Below are positions 39,283 through 49,607 of a stretch of DNA of 64,000 nt, piece by piece (within the stretch, counting starts at the first letter, position 1; every line of letters starts with the position of its first letter). The translations under genes and the position numbers were made by a program. The stretch spans positions 1-64,000 of the forward strand of contig CAVSQB010000027.1 of assembly GCA_963729895.1 (NCBI GenBank), written 5' to 3'. This DNA comes from an uncultured Fibrobacterota bacterium (GTDB lineage Bacteria; Fibrobacterota; Chitinivibrionia; Chitinivibrionales; FEN-1185). The notes beneath the pieces were generated by a model, which made no database searches, was not told where the DNA came from, and worked only from the letters and a program-made list of their open reading frames with translations.

Positions 39283-39411
39283 GTGAACACAATATTGTAA
39301 TGCGCAAATAGGTTAGTAAGTAACTCTTTTAAAATCAATATAATGATGTAAACAAAAAGTGTACGATATTTCCAGCCGCATCTGGTTTTTTCGACTAAAA
39401 GCGGTAAATTT
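39283..39411 (+). promoter_or_regulatory. Conserved operator/promoter architecture, copy 3
   Basis: GTGAACA 39283, GTAACT 39320, ATGTAAACAAAAAGTGTACGATATT 39346-39370, GGTAAATT 39403. Confidence 0.7.
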
Positions 39412-39772
39412 ACAGCGGGAAGGAAAAGGGTGAAACCTGAAGGGTTGCTTTGTTCACTGGAAAAAGTGGCGGAAAAATGGGTACAAGGAAGAAAGAATGA
39501 TCCGGGATGCGATGGCGCGGCATGGGACCATTTGTCTTCTCCCGCACAAGGCATCTTTGGAGGAGTGTTTCACTTGCGAAAACAGCATGTTGATTTTCTG
39601 GTTCAACACCCGGGACCGGTCAACACATCTTATTTCGGAAAAGATTGAACAAGAAACATCGGTCCTGTTTGAATAAATCTGCGGCAATCGCTGTTGGTTG
39701 ACGGATTTGATCGTTAAGTGTGTAATCAATCGTACTGGAATCGTCATAAATTTGCCAAAAGGGGGAAATGCG

Positions 39773-42700
39773 ATGAAAGCAAATAATCGGTTAAGCACTT
39801 TTTTCATTTTGATGGCAGGTATGTTTTGCCTATCGCAGGCCCAGGCGATTTCCATCACGGGAACGGTCAAAGACGCCGGCGGCAACGCCATCGCCGGCGC
39901 AACGGTACGTCTTGTAGTGGCCGGTATCACGACCTCAACAGACACTAGCGGCGCCTATAGCCTCGGTTCCACGCAGAACCTCCATGCATTGCTCACGCCG
40001 TCCTTTGCCGCCGAGCCGATCATCCAGGGGCTGTCTCTTTCGTTTGCCATTACAAAAGCGCAGCCGGTCCGGATACAACTGTACGACCTGACCGGCAGGC
40101 TGGTTGCCGATCTTGTCAATACGTTGCTCGCACCGGGTGAATACCGGCTACCGCTTGTGAACCAGAATCTCCCGGCAAAAATGTATGTTGTAAAGGCGCG
40201 GATCGGCGCCGTCACCACCACGCACACGCTGAGCTATGTCAATAAATATCCAGGCGTGCAGGGCGGCCTGGTGGTGTGCGTCCACGGCTATGGCGCGGCA
40301 TCCGCGTCTGCAAAGCGCACAGCCGTGGCGGATACCCTTATCGCAACCGCATCAGGGTACGCGGAAGGCCTGAGTCCGATAAGCTCGTATTCCGGCGTCT
40401 ATAATTTTGTCCTGCAAAAAGCTCCCTTTGGCATAACCTATCCCGCGGACGGGGCGAATGTTTACAAGTCTCCAGGCGGCACCATAATCTTTCAGTGGAC
40501 CGGCATGCCCGGCGCAACGGGTTATGCCATAATGGTTGACGGAAATAAAGTGGCCGACAGCATTCCCGCAAATGTTACCTTCGGCGAAGTCGTTGTCACG
40601 ACCATTGCGGCAACGCCGCAGGGCACTTCTCACACGTGGAATGTTGTCGCCCATTCTGCAACGGGCGACAAGGCAAGCAGCTCCGGAAGCTTTGCAATTG
40701 CGGAGGCCATAGACGGCACCACGGGAGCGCCTCTGGGCGGCGCTGGTTCGGGCGCGGTGAAATTCTGCCCATGGAAAGGCCAATTCGCGTTTCAGTCCCA
40801 GACCCCGGCTGGCCAGGTTGATTATGTTCAGCAACCGAATTGGAAATTTTCGCTCTACACCAAAAGCGGTTCGACGGTCGCGACTCAGGCTACTTTGATC
40901 GCGGCACAGCGCATGTATGGTGGTACTAGCCGTTATGACGATGACGCCATCTTCCCTGTCGAATATGCAAATTTTGGTCAGACAAACAACGTGTCGGTAA
41001 CGCTTACCGCATGCGCACCATTTAACCTTTCAGACCAGTATACAATGACATGGCCCGTTGTGTTGTATCACATGACGTTGCGCAACATGAAAAACGACTC
41101 GGTTGATGCGGCCTGCGCATTCCAGATTTCCACCGGCAACACGCCCACGCTCGTTTCCGGAAAAGGCTTTACCGCAGAGGGCGGGTCGCCGTCAATGGCG
41201 GTGTTTGTTAAAAGCAGTGATCCCGCGGCTGTCGTTACCGTTGGAAACGACGGCGGCTTTCTCACATCCGGCGCGCTTAACAATACACTGTCCGGTACGA
41301 CCAACATGGTCGCGTCGAAAGTCAAGCTTGGCCCCGGCGACCAAAAGGAAATCGAATTTGTCCTTTCGTGGTACCAGTCCAACGATCCGACCGGTTACTA
41401 TTACGAAAATCTGGGTACAAGTGCGCAAGCCTTTGCCCAGAACGGTCTTGACAGTTTCGCCGTCATGGAATCGAACGCTACGCAATTCGTGCAGCGCTTC
41501 CGCGCATCCAATGTTCCCGACTGGATCGTGAACACCACGCTGGATCAGACTACCTGGACGAACAGCAGCATCTATACAAAAGACGGCCGCTATAGCGAAT
41601 GGGAAGGCGTGTACACATGGTTCGGCCAGATGGACCAGGGGTGGCATGCTTTCGGTTCCGAGATATGGCGCATCAGCGGCCCGATGTTTTCCTGGCCCAA
41701 GGCTGCCGAAATGGAATTCTGGGGAAGCACCGAGATGGTTGGCGGCGACAACGACGGACAGATTTCCCACGATTTTACCGGGACCCCGACCGACCACAAA
41801 ACCGTTGAGTGGGGTAATCCCGGCTATCATGGCTGGGGTGGTCCCAATTGGGTGGACCTCGATTGCGGATTCCTCTTCGGCGTTTACGAATCGTTTGTCG
41901 CAACCGGTAACAAGACGCGTATGGACGCCTACTGGTCGTATTTTCAGCGAACCGCGCAACGGCTGTACAGAATGGCCACCGTCGACTTCGGTAACACAAC
42001 GTATCCCTTTACCGTTTCGAATACCGGGGCAACCTACGACAAGGGTCCGATGAACCACGATCTTTACAACTCCGGACTAGCCCTTACGGCGTTCAAGATC
42101 ATTGCCGAAATGGCCGGAGTTTACGGCGACGTCGGGATGCAGGACAGCTTTACAACCGCATACAACACCGGTATCGCCTCCTTTAGAGCGCGGTTCCTGG
42201 CCAATCCGTCGATGGGCACAAACGAGGAGCCGACGTTTGCCGGGCTGGCAATGTCTTTGTACTTTCATAAAGACCAGATGTTTGCCGACGCCGATATCAA
42301 CAATACTATATCGTACTTGGACGGATTCTTTAATCCACTCTCCAATGGCATGGCGGCTGCGTCCAACGACGGTGAAAATGAAGGATGGGTTCCGTACCTA
42401 TTGGGTCACCTTGGCCTCGCATACTTGAACACCAACCATGTTAACGAATGGCGGGCGTTTCAAAAGGATTTTTACAACAGGTATTTCGAAAACCGTAGCA
42501 GGGTTTTCAACGGCAATATTTACCTGTGTTACGAAGGACTCGGCAACAATTACGCTTCCGGCGATTGGAGCGGCAACACTTTTTACGTAAGCTTGCCGGT
42601 AGTATGGCGGAGTTACTATTCCCTTATCGGTTTCTGGTTCAATGCATACACAAACGAATTGTATGTGGAGCCTAAACTTCCGTCCACGACCGACAAGTGG

Positions 42701-43024
42701 GACGTGTCGATGAATCACGTGCTCAAAAACGCATTTTTCTGCACGCCCGCAAATGGCGGAAATTACGGCACCATTTCCTACACTGAAAGCGGGACCACGT
42801 ACGAGAAACAGAACATAACGGTTCGTTTCGATAAACCGCAAAAGGTCTCGGCAATTTACATTTCGGATAGATTCCCGGCTGGTTCGACCACGATTGGCGT
42901 TACGGTCAACGGGGCAGCCGCGACGTTTACCCGCGTCGGAAGCGGTTCGTTCGATCATCGCGTCAAGATAAACTGGTCCGGCACGGTTGATTCAACCGGC
43001 GTTCTTATCGGTGCCAGCGACTAG
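39773..43024 (+). CDS. Large secreted GH116-like glycoside hydrolase
   Basis: 1083 aa from MKANN; GAPLGGAGSG (GH116 N-terminal motif), GQISHDF, WVDL and TYD; Ig-like N-terminal modules. Confidence 0.72.
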   Translation: MKANNRLSTFFILMAGMFCLSQAQAISITGTVKDAGGNAIAGATVRLVVAGITTSTDTSGAYSLGSTQNLHALLTPSFAAEPIIQGLSLSFAITKAQPVRIQLYDLTGRLVADLVNTLLAPGEYRLPLVNQNLPAKMYVVKARIGAVTTTHTLSYVNKYPGVQGGLVVCVHGYGAASASAKRTAVADTLIATASGYAEGLSPISSYSGVYNFVLQKAPFGITYPADGANVYKSPGGTIIFQWTGMPGATGYAIMVDGNKVADSIPANVTFGEVVVTTIAATPQGTSHTWNVVAHSATGDKASSSGSFAIAEAIDGTTGAPLGGAGSGAVKFCPWKGQFAFQSQTPAGQVDYVQQPNWKFSLYTKSGSTVATQATLIAAQRMYGGTSRYDDDAIFPVEYANFGQTNNVSVTLTACAPFNLSDQYTMTWPVVLYHMTLRNMKNDSVDAACAFQISTGNTPTLVSGKGFTAEGGSPSMAVFVKSSDPAAVVTVGNDGGFLTSGALNNTLSGTTNMVASKVKLGPGDQKEIEFVLSWYQSNDPTGYYYENLGTSAQAFAQNGLDSFAVMESNATQFVQRFRASNVPDWIVNTTLDQTTWTNSSIYTKDGRYSEWEGVYTWFGQMDQGWHAFGSEIWRISGPMFSWPKAAEMEFWGSTEMVGGDNDGQISHDFTGTPTDHKTVEWGNPGYHGWGGPNWVDLDCGFLFGVYESFVATGNKTRMDAYWSYFQRTAQRLYRMATVDFGNTTYPFTVSNTGATYDKGPMNHDLYNSGLALTAFKIIAEMAGVYGDVGMQDSFTTAYNTGIASFRARFLANPSMGTNEEPTFAGLAMSLYFHKDQMFADADINNTISYLDGFFNPLSNGMAAASNDGENEGWVPYLLGHLGLAYLNTNHVNEWRAFQKDFYNRYFENRSRVFNGNIYLCYEGLGNNYASGDWSGNTFYVSLPVVWRSYYSLIGFWFNAYTNELYVEPKLPSTTDKWDVSMNHVLKNAFFCTPANGGNYGTISYTESGTTYEKQNITVRFDKPQKVSAIYISDRFPAGSTTIGVTVNGAAATFTRVGSGSFDHRVKINWSGTVDSTGVLIGASD

Positions 43025-43085
43025 GGATTCAACCTTTTTCCGTGACGGTTCTATAGGTGGTGATGGATGTACGGGCCGGTGTACG

Positions 43086-43110
43086 GGCGCTCATGTGAGC
43101 GCCCCTTTTC
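43086..43110 (+). terminator. Intrinsic terminator
   Basis: GGGCGCTCA-TG-TGAGCGCCC followed by CTTTT. Confidence 0.65.
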
Positions 43111-43168
43111 ATTACCTGCTGACTTCCATATCCATGAGTGTCCTCATTTTTAAAAGAGCGATATTTTT

Positions 43169-44448
43169 ATGGACAGGATGCGCGACAAAACCTATGCAGG
43201 GCTGACGCAGGTTGCGGTTGCCTCATACGTTGTTTTCATTTATCTCTTTTTCGCTGTTTTCAACAAGTTTCATCTCATCTACCAGGAACAAGCCCAATTA
43301 TTTCTTTTCGATTGGAACTACTTCTTCGGTTTTCTTGCCAAGCCGGGCGGGTTGATTTCCTATTTCGGCGCGTTCTGCACCCAGTTTTTCGCTGTATCAT
43401 GGCTGGCCGCGCTTCTCGTCACCGGCGCGGTGCTGGCGATTTACGCTCTTGTCAAATTAGTCGTTAGGAGCATCGGGCTGCATTCCGCTGTATGGGCCTT
43501 GGTTCCGGCCGTGCTTATCGTTGCATTGCAAAGCAGCGCGACCTATCCGCTCGGCAATACGCTGGGATTTCTAATCGCGCTCGCCTTCATAGCGGCATAT
43601 ATGCGCATCAAACCGATAAAAATACGGGTTGGATTCGGTATCGTCGGATTGGTCCTGCTCCATTTCGCGTGCGGTGGTTATTCGCTGGTTTCTGCTTCGG
43701 CATGTTTCATGCACGAACTCCTGTTTCGGCGAAGTAAATTCCGCTTTGTCATTGCGGGGGCGTATGCGGTTCTGGCCGCGTGCGTTCCGTATTTCGCGGG
43801 GCGGAATTTCTATGCTGTTGGTTTTGCCGGCTCCTGGACAAACCCCATTCCTTCGGTCCTACCTGTTCCATTGGGATTTGAATTGTTTTTCGCACTTGCC
43901 TATGTCCCGTTTCTTATGGCGGTAGCGGCGATCCGCGAGGCATTTCCGGCAAAAGTGAAAGTACCGGCGCATTCCGGAACCGGGAAAAATGGAATACTAA
44001 AGGCGATTTTATCTGCGGTGATACTTGTCGGCTTGCCGGCAGCCGCCTATGATTACAAATCCGAGTGTATTCTCGGAATGGATCATTATGCCCAAACCAA
44101 AAAATGGGACCGCGTATTGACATTTGCGAAATTATATCCAGGTGTCAACCGTCTGGTGACCTATTACGCTAATCTGGCATTATCCAAGACCGGACGGCTT
44201 GGCGATGAGATGTTTGCGTATCCCCAGAATGGAACCGCGGGCCTGTTTCTCCCGTGCGATGCGGTTCCCCAAAACCTTTTTTTCGGGGGAGATCTTCCCT
44301 ATCACCTGAGCTTTGTCAGCGCGGCATACCGTTTCGCGTTCGAATCGATGGTGGTAAACGGTCCAACTCCGCGCTCGCTCAAAAGGCTGACGATCACCTG
44401 TCTCATAAACGGCGATTACCCCCAGGCTCAAAAATATCTGGCTGTGTT
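43169..44448 (+). pseudogene. DUF6057-like membrane protein, C-terminally truncated at IS1182
   Basis: YQEQAQLFLF, KPGGL..Y...F.TQFF, NLAL...G.L.D.MF.YPQ and RSLKRL; the frame stops inside the IS end. Confidence 0.72.
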
Positions 44449-46214
44449 GAGCCTGTAGAAAAACCTGGATTTGCCGCCGTCTCTTGGTTTGTTGAAAAAC
44501 TAGGTTGTACCAGTCCGCAAAATCAAGATGATTTAAAACGAAACAATGAAACAGGTTGAAAATGAAGTCGAATCAGCTTTTTTCATCCACACGGACTATT
44601 CTCCCAGGTTAAACCGCCCACTGAGGGGCGTAATTGCATATCTTCTCGATATTATGCACAAGACAATATAACAGCCACTGTATATTCACTTTGCGCTTTG
44701 TCCTGAGAGTAAATCGGTCCATTCGTTTCGCCCCACGGATGTTTCCAAATACCGGCTCAATGATTGCCATCCGCTTGCTGTAAATCTCCCTTCCATCCGG
44801 CGTATCGATCTTGGACGCCATTTCCTTGACCAGGTACTGGTACGGGTCTTTATTTATATTGATTGACTTGCTCTTCGAACGCTCGTTTCTCATGCACCTG
44901 GCTTTCAGGCCACACACGCCGCAGTCACGGCGTGAAGCCTTGTACGCATAATAGTTCAATCCCAGAATCTGCATAAGATTTTTGTTGGTATGCAGCTTTT
45001 TCCCCGCTGGACAAATGTAGCATCCGCTTCTCTTGTCATAATGGAAGTCGGAAGTCTCAAAAAACTTCTCTCGCGGTATGTCATTCCCCTTGTGTCGAAA
45101 CGCCGTCGAAAACCGCGGGTCTCGTTTTCTAAAATTGTTGTCCGGGATATATCCATCCGCCCGTTCATTATGGAGCACCTTCAGGTTTTCGATGCTATGA
45201 AAATTGGAATCGGCGGTGATGACAGCACCCTCAAGCACGTCTGGACCTAACCCCGCTTCTTTCAAGTTCGTCTTTAAACCTTGCATGACAGGCGCAAGCG
45301 TGTCTCCTTCCTGACCTTCACCGAACGCTTCCGTGTGAACGACAATCTGATGCTTCGCGTCAACCGCGGCCACACCAGTATACCCTTGGATAACACCATG
45401 CGACGTCTTCATCTTCGCGCTTTCATTGTCCGTAATATTGCTCTGCCGCACCCTGCGGCGTTTGCCCGGCTTGTCCTCGTTCTCCGAGAGCCACTTTTCA
45501 AGCTTGTCAATCTTCGCCTGCGCCGCTTTGAGACGGTCGTCAAAGTTTCTGTCCTCGTCTTCGCTTATCTCACCACGCTTGTCCTTCTCTATGTGACGCT
45601 TTACCATGTAATCGAGCGCTTTTATCAGTTTCTCCCGCTTTTTTCCTAAATCCTCCTTAGTCCCGCTCCACTCCTTGGATGCGTTCGACGAAATCTTGCA
45701 CCCGTCTATGGCAAACATGCTGCCCTCGATTAGATCCAATTCCAAACAGACAAGCACGACCTGACGGAACAATGGCAGGATTTCCTCCTGCATGCTCGAT
45801 ACGAAATCCGCTATCGTGGTAAAATGGGGGTGACTATCCGCCGAAAGCGCCATGAACACCACGTTCTCGTCACAAAGCTGTGCAATTTTCCGGGAGGATA
45901 CGACCCCTTTGGAATAGGCATACAGAACAATTTTAAGGAGAATGGCGGGGTCGAATGCCGGTGCGCCGTTGTCGTCGTTCTTAAAACGGCGATGAAACAA
46001 AGTAAGATCAAGGGTATTTACGGTCTTGCTGATGGTATACTCAAACGTTCCGGGAAGAATCTGGCGATCAAAGGAGAGGGGGATCATCTTGGTCTGTTCG
46101 TAGGAGTACGGCTTGAAACGAGGCATCAGGCTCCTTTCGCTTATATTTACATATGGTAATATAAGGAAAAAGATGCCGGTCCGCTTAGAAAAGATGGGGT
46201 TTTCCTACAGCCTC
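44449..46214 (-). mobile_element. IS1182-family element (1766 bp)
   Basis: IR GAGCCTGTAGAAAAACC / GGTTTTCCTACAGCCTC (15/17 match); GTT on both flanks. Confidence 0.88.
44609..46126 (-). CDS. IS1182-family transposase
   Basis: 505 aa; GAPAFDP, SSRKIA, PHFTTIADF, AIDGCKISSNAS, TDNES, CPAGK and IEPVFGNI. Confidence 0.93.
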   Translation of the reverse strand: MPRFKPYSYEQTKMIPLSFDRQILPGTFEYTISKTVNTLDLTLFHRRFKNDDNGAPAFDPAILLKIVLYAYSKGVVSSRKIAQLCDENVVFMALSADSHPHFTTIADFVSSMQEEILPLFRQVVLVCLELDLIEGSMFAIDGCKISSNASKEWSGTKEDLGKKREKLIKALDYMVKRHIEKDKRGEISEDEDRNFDDRLKAAQAKIDKLEKWLSENEDKPGKRRRVRQSNITDNESAKMKTSHGVIQGYTGVAAVDAKHQIVVHTEAFGEGQEGDTLAPVMQGLKTNLKEAGLGPDVLEGAVITADSNFHSIENLKVLHNERADGYIPDNNFRKRDPRFSTAFRHKGNDIPREKFFETSDFHYDKRSGCYICPAGKKLHTNKNLMQILGLNYYAYKASRRDCGVCGLKARCMRNERSKSKSININKDPYQYLVKEMASKIDTPDGREIYSKRMAIIEPVFGNIRGAKRMDRFTLRTKRKVNIQWLLYCLVHNIEKICNYAPQWAV

Positions 46215-46400
46215 GTTGGCTGTATGTACCACGGCTGAATTCTTTACGGGCGCTTATTTATTTCTAATTGAAGTTGTCCATTCGGGCATTGACACCTCAA
46301 TTTCCGGTTTGCTTTGTGAAACGCAATATGCAAGAGTCTTTCCTTCATGCTTAATGTCTAGATGAGTCTCTGTAATTGTAAGAAATTGGCTATATTTTAA

Positions 46401-47694
46401 GGGGACCTCTAAAAATTGCCTAATTTGCCCAATTAATGCTTGACAAAGGCTATTTCGTCAATTATTTTAATTCCAGACAACAAACCTGCGAACCCACTAC
46501 CGTCTGGAGGATATTGCGATGGGACAGATAGGCCTTTTTGACCTTGAGAATCGCCTTTCCGAGCTTTCCGAAATGGGAGACCCTCTTGAAACCATCAATC
46601 GGGCCATACGTTGGAAGAGTTTTCGTCCTGTTATTGACAAGGCTTTTCGCAAGGAACGGAAGAGCAACGCCGGTCGTCCACCGTACGATTATATCCTGAT
46701 GTTCAAGATTCTCGTGTTGCAGACGATGTATGGGCTTTCCGATGCGCAAACCCAGTTTCAGATTCTGGACCGATTGACGTTCAAACGGTTTCTTGAACTC
46801 ACTTCCGAGGATAGCATTCCCGACGAGAAAACGGTCTGGTTGTTTCGGGAAACGCTGACACAAGCAGGCGTTGTCAAGAAGCTGTTTGACCTGTTCGGTC
46901 GTCAGTTGAACGAAGCGGGTTACACTGCCCAGAAAGGCCAAATAATAGATGCGAGTTTTGTCGAGGTACCTCGCCAGAGAAACACGCGGGAGGAGAATAA
47001 AGAAATCAAGAACGGGGGCACGCCGCAGGAATGGGAAAAGCACCCTGAGAAACTTCGTCAGAAAGATGTTGATGCGCGATGGACGAAGAAGAACGATCAG
47101 ACGTTTTTTGGCTACAAGAACCATGCGTCGGTAGACGCGAAGCATAAAATCATTCGAGACTATGCGGCGACATCCGCAGAAGTGCACGACTCCAATATGC
47201 TTGAACCTCTCCTTAATCCTGAGAACACGAACGCGGACGTGTTTGCCGACAGCGCGTATCATTCGGAAAAGGCGGAACAAAGGCTTGATTATCTCTGGTA
47301 CAGAAGCAAAATATGTGTCAAAGGGACTCGTGGCGCACCATTGACGGAAGCACAATTGGCACAGAACCGGAAGAAATCCAAAGTCAGATCGCGTATAGAA
47401 CATGTGTTTGCTCAAATAGAAATCATGTTTCGTGGCAGGATCAGGTGTATCGGGCGGCTGAGGGCCGCGGCGAAGATAGGACTCCTGAACCTGGTTTACA
47501 ACATAAAACGCTTTGCATATCTTGAGTGCCACGCCTGAAAAGCGGGACAGGACCGCACAAGGCCCCCAAAGGGACCGAAAAAAGAACAGTTTTGGGCACC
47601 TATCAGACAAATAGACGCCCTGACATCGCGAAATAATACTATCTGTCAACATGATCTTGGAATCTACTATTTTACAGAATTTTTAGAGGTCCCC
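46401..47694 (+). mobile_element. IS5-family element, copy 3
   Basis: Same IR and length as copy 1; TTAA TSD at 46397-46400 and 47695-47698. Confidence 0.95.
46519..47538 (+). CDS. IS5-family DDE transposase
   Basis: Protein identical to the other two copies. Confidence 0.95.
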   Translation: MGQIGLFDLENRLSELSEMGDPLETINRAIRWKSFRPVIDKAFRKERKSNAGRPPYDYILMFKILVLQTMYGLSDAQTQFQILDRLTFKRFLELTSEDSIPDEKTVWLFRETLTQAGVVKKLFDLFGRQLNEAGYTAQKGQIIDASFVEVPRQRNTREENKEIKNGGTPQEWEKHPEKLRQKDVDARWTKKNDQTFFGYKNHASVDAKHKIIRDYAATSAEVHDSNMLEPLLNPENTNADVFADSAYHSEKAEQRLDYLWYRSKICVKGTRGAPLTEAQLAQNRKKSKVRSRIEHVFAQIEIMFRGRIRCIGRLRAAAKIGLLNLVYNIKRFAYLECHA

Positions 47695-48739
47695 TTAAAT
47701 ATTTCGAGAACAGGAACTTTTTTGAAATGGCTGAGCATCTTGAAGCTAGGCATAGAGCAGTACGGGGATGAATACGCGTAGGCAATCTAAGTGTGTCTAG
47801 TGAAATATCGTTAGGAGATCTACTCATTTTACATCCAAGAGAACGACTATACGACGTAAAAACTGAATTCCAAGATAAAGCATCCAGTTTGGATAAGCTG
47901 AGATTTATCCTGCCGATTAGTTTCTGCAGTGTTGAAGGGCCAGCCCAAGTCATGCTTGCTAATAGTACAGTCATTTCCTCTTGCTGGTTTGTGATTAAAT
48001 CGAATTGCTCCATCCACCACACCGTGTTTCCTGATTTCAAACGTGCAGCAAGCACGCGGTCACATATTGAACTATCCTTGCCAATGAGGTTAGTTGAGTT
48101 CGAACCGGCATTGCCTTTGGCTGCACCAACAGCTCGGAAAGAAAAAAACTATGTCGCGACCACCATCCGGTTGTCCGACCGGATAGCACTGCAAATCTGC
48201 AAATTCACGGCTCAATAGTGATTGACAGAACTGCTGGAATCGTTCTGGGCCTAAATTCTCGTACTGATAATCCATATAGAAACCCTTTCGGTTAGGGTAA
48301 TGAACAAAAGAAAATGCAATTGCCTATTTTGGGTTTAATTGACCTTTTCTGTTGGAAATTTCCGAAATGCGCCACTGCTTTTAAATCTTGGATTGCAGCA
48401 TGTCCACTAACTACAGGTATGTTGCAACTCCACCTTCCTGCCAAAACGGCATGTATGTTGTAAGATACCTTCGTCATACCTGCCAAATCAGGTCATTATA
48501 TGAAGGCCCATATGACTTGGCCGTTCACCCCGCAATCCTCCCCATCGGCCAGCACGCAATTCCTCGCGATTTCTTTTCGCCAAGTTTCCTTGATTTTCGC
48601 CGCTTGATCTAAGTTCGACCTTAGTCCCTTATTATCCCTCCCGCCACCCAAAAAAGTCAACGAAATCAGTTTCGTGGCGCCAAGACTGCTGCCGGCGCGG
48701 CGCCGCTCCATCCACCCATTGCCGGCGATCCTCCCGGAA

Positions 48740-49105
48740 AATCCATTTTTCCCCTCGCCGACTCGCGAGGTCATCAAACCGAATCTTTCCGGTCACTTCG
48801 CGAACCCGCGATCCTCGGTTTGACATCTTTCCCACTCCTCGCGGACGCGCGAAGCCCCTGACGAACTCTTTCTGACGGTCTCGCGGAGTCGCGAGCCTGC
48901 CGATGAAACCTTTCAACCACTTCGCGGACGCGCGAACCCCCGGATGAGACATTTCCGATCACTTCGCGGACGCGCGAACCCCCAGATGAGACATTTCCGA
49001 CCACCCAGCGGATGCGCGAACCCCCGGATGATATCTTCCCAGCCATTTCGCCGGCTCGCGGAGCACCGGCAAACAACTTTCTTTGGTTTCCCGGGCTCGC
49101 GGACT
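48740..49105. repeat. Degenerate 42-bp tandem repeat
   Basis: CACTTCGCGGACGCGCGAACCCCCGGATGAGACATTTCCGAT at 48918, 48960 and 49002, with decayed units on both sides. Confidence 0.85.
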
Positions 49106-49607
49106 TAAAACAAGCTTTCATTAATGGATTCCTCAAAATTCAGTGTGTTGTGTGACTTGTCTTCCCGCCATCAGCGATGCCGCACGGCCGACGGATTGGC
49201 CGCTCGTGATCCAGGGAAGGTGTCATTATTCGGCTTCTTTTTGTTTTTTCCAACGCCATCTAGCCCAAAGGCGCTATCCGGGCCGGTGAATCCCGCAGTT
49301 TGCTTGTCCCTCGTAGCACCCAAAAGGGGCAGAGTGGGCGGGGTAAGGGCTTCCCATGATTCTCGCAAAATAAACTTACCCGGGGGGTCACTCTGCATAG
49401 CAATCCACATGCATTTGTGCAGCAAAGGGGGAAACAAAAACAGTTCTAGATTATTTGCTTTTTGCGTTAGCAGGCTGGAGCGCAGCGCCGACCCGACCCG
49501 GAGTCGCGTCGAGAGGAAGGGAAACGCCCGACTTTAATTCATTATCACATTATTACAGCATAACAGCGCCCCCTGTTGGAAGCGCTGTAATGAGGTTTCC
49601 GAAGCGA

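Larger units (their letters stand above)
46254..48275 (-). pseudogene. Remnant of a large NACHT/NLR-like defence gene (restriction-endonuclease-like N-terminus fused to a C-terminal fragment), interrupted by IS5
   Basis: MDYQYENLGPERFQQFCQSLL...PVGQPDGGRD; a second frame starts near 48135 and continues across the IS to TAA at 46254; AT-rich. Confidence 0.55.

Noticed and set aside
39430..39648. 72-aa ORF in the long leader of the GH116-like gene
   Set aside because: Has a purine-rich upstream stretch but no motif or compositional support; not called
18499..47694. Composite transposon bounded by IS5 copies 2 and 3
   Set aside because: Encloses core genes and a tRNA; copy 3 has its own TSD and the outer flanks do not match
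48740..49105. CRISPR or protein-coding interpretation of the 42-bp array
   Set aside because: No unique spacers; overlapping ORFs in several frames lack an RBS and family motifs
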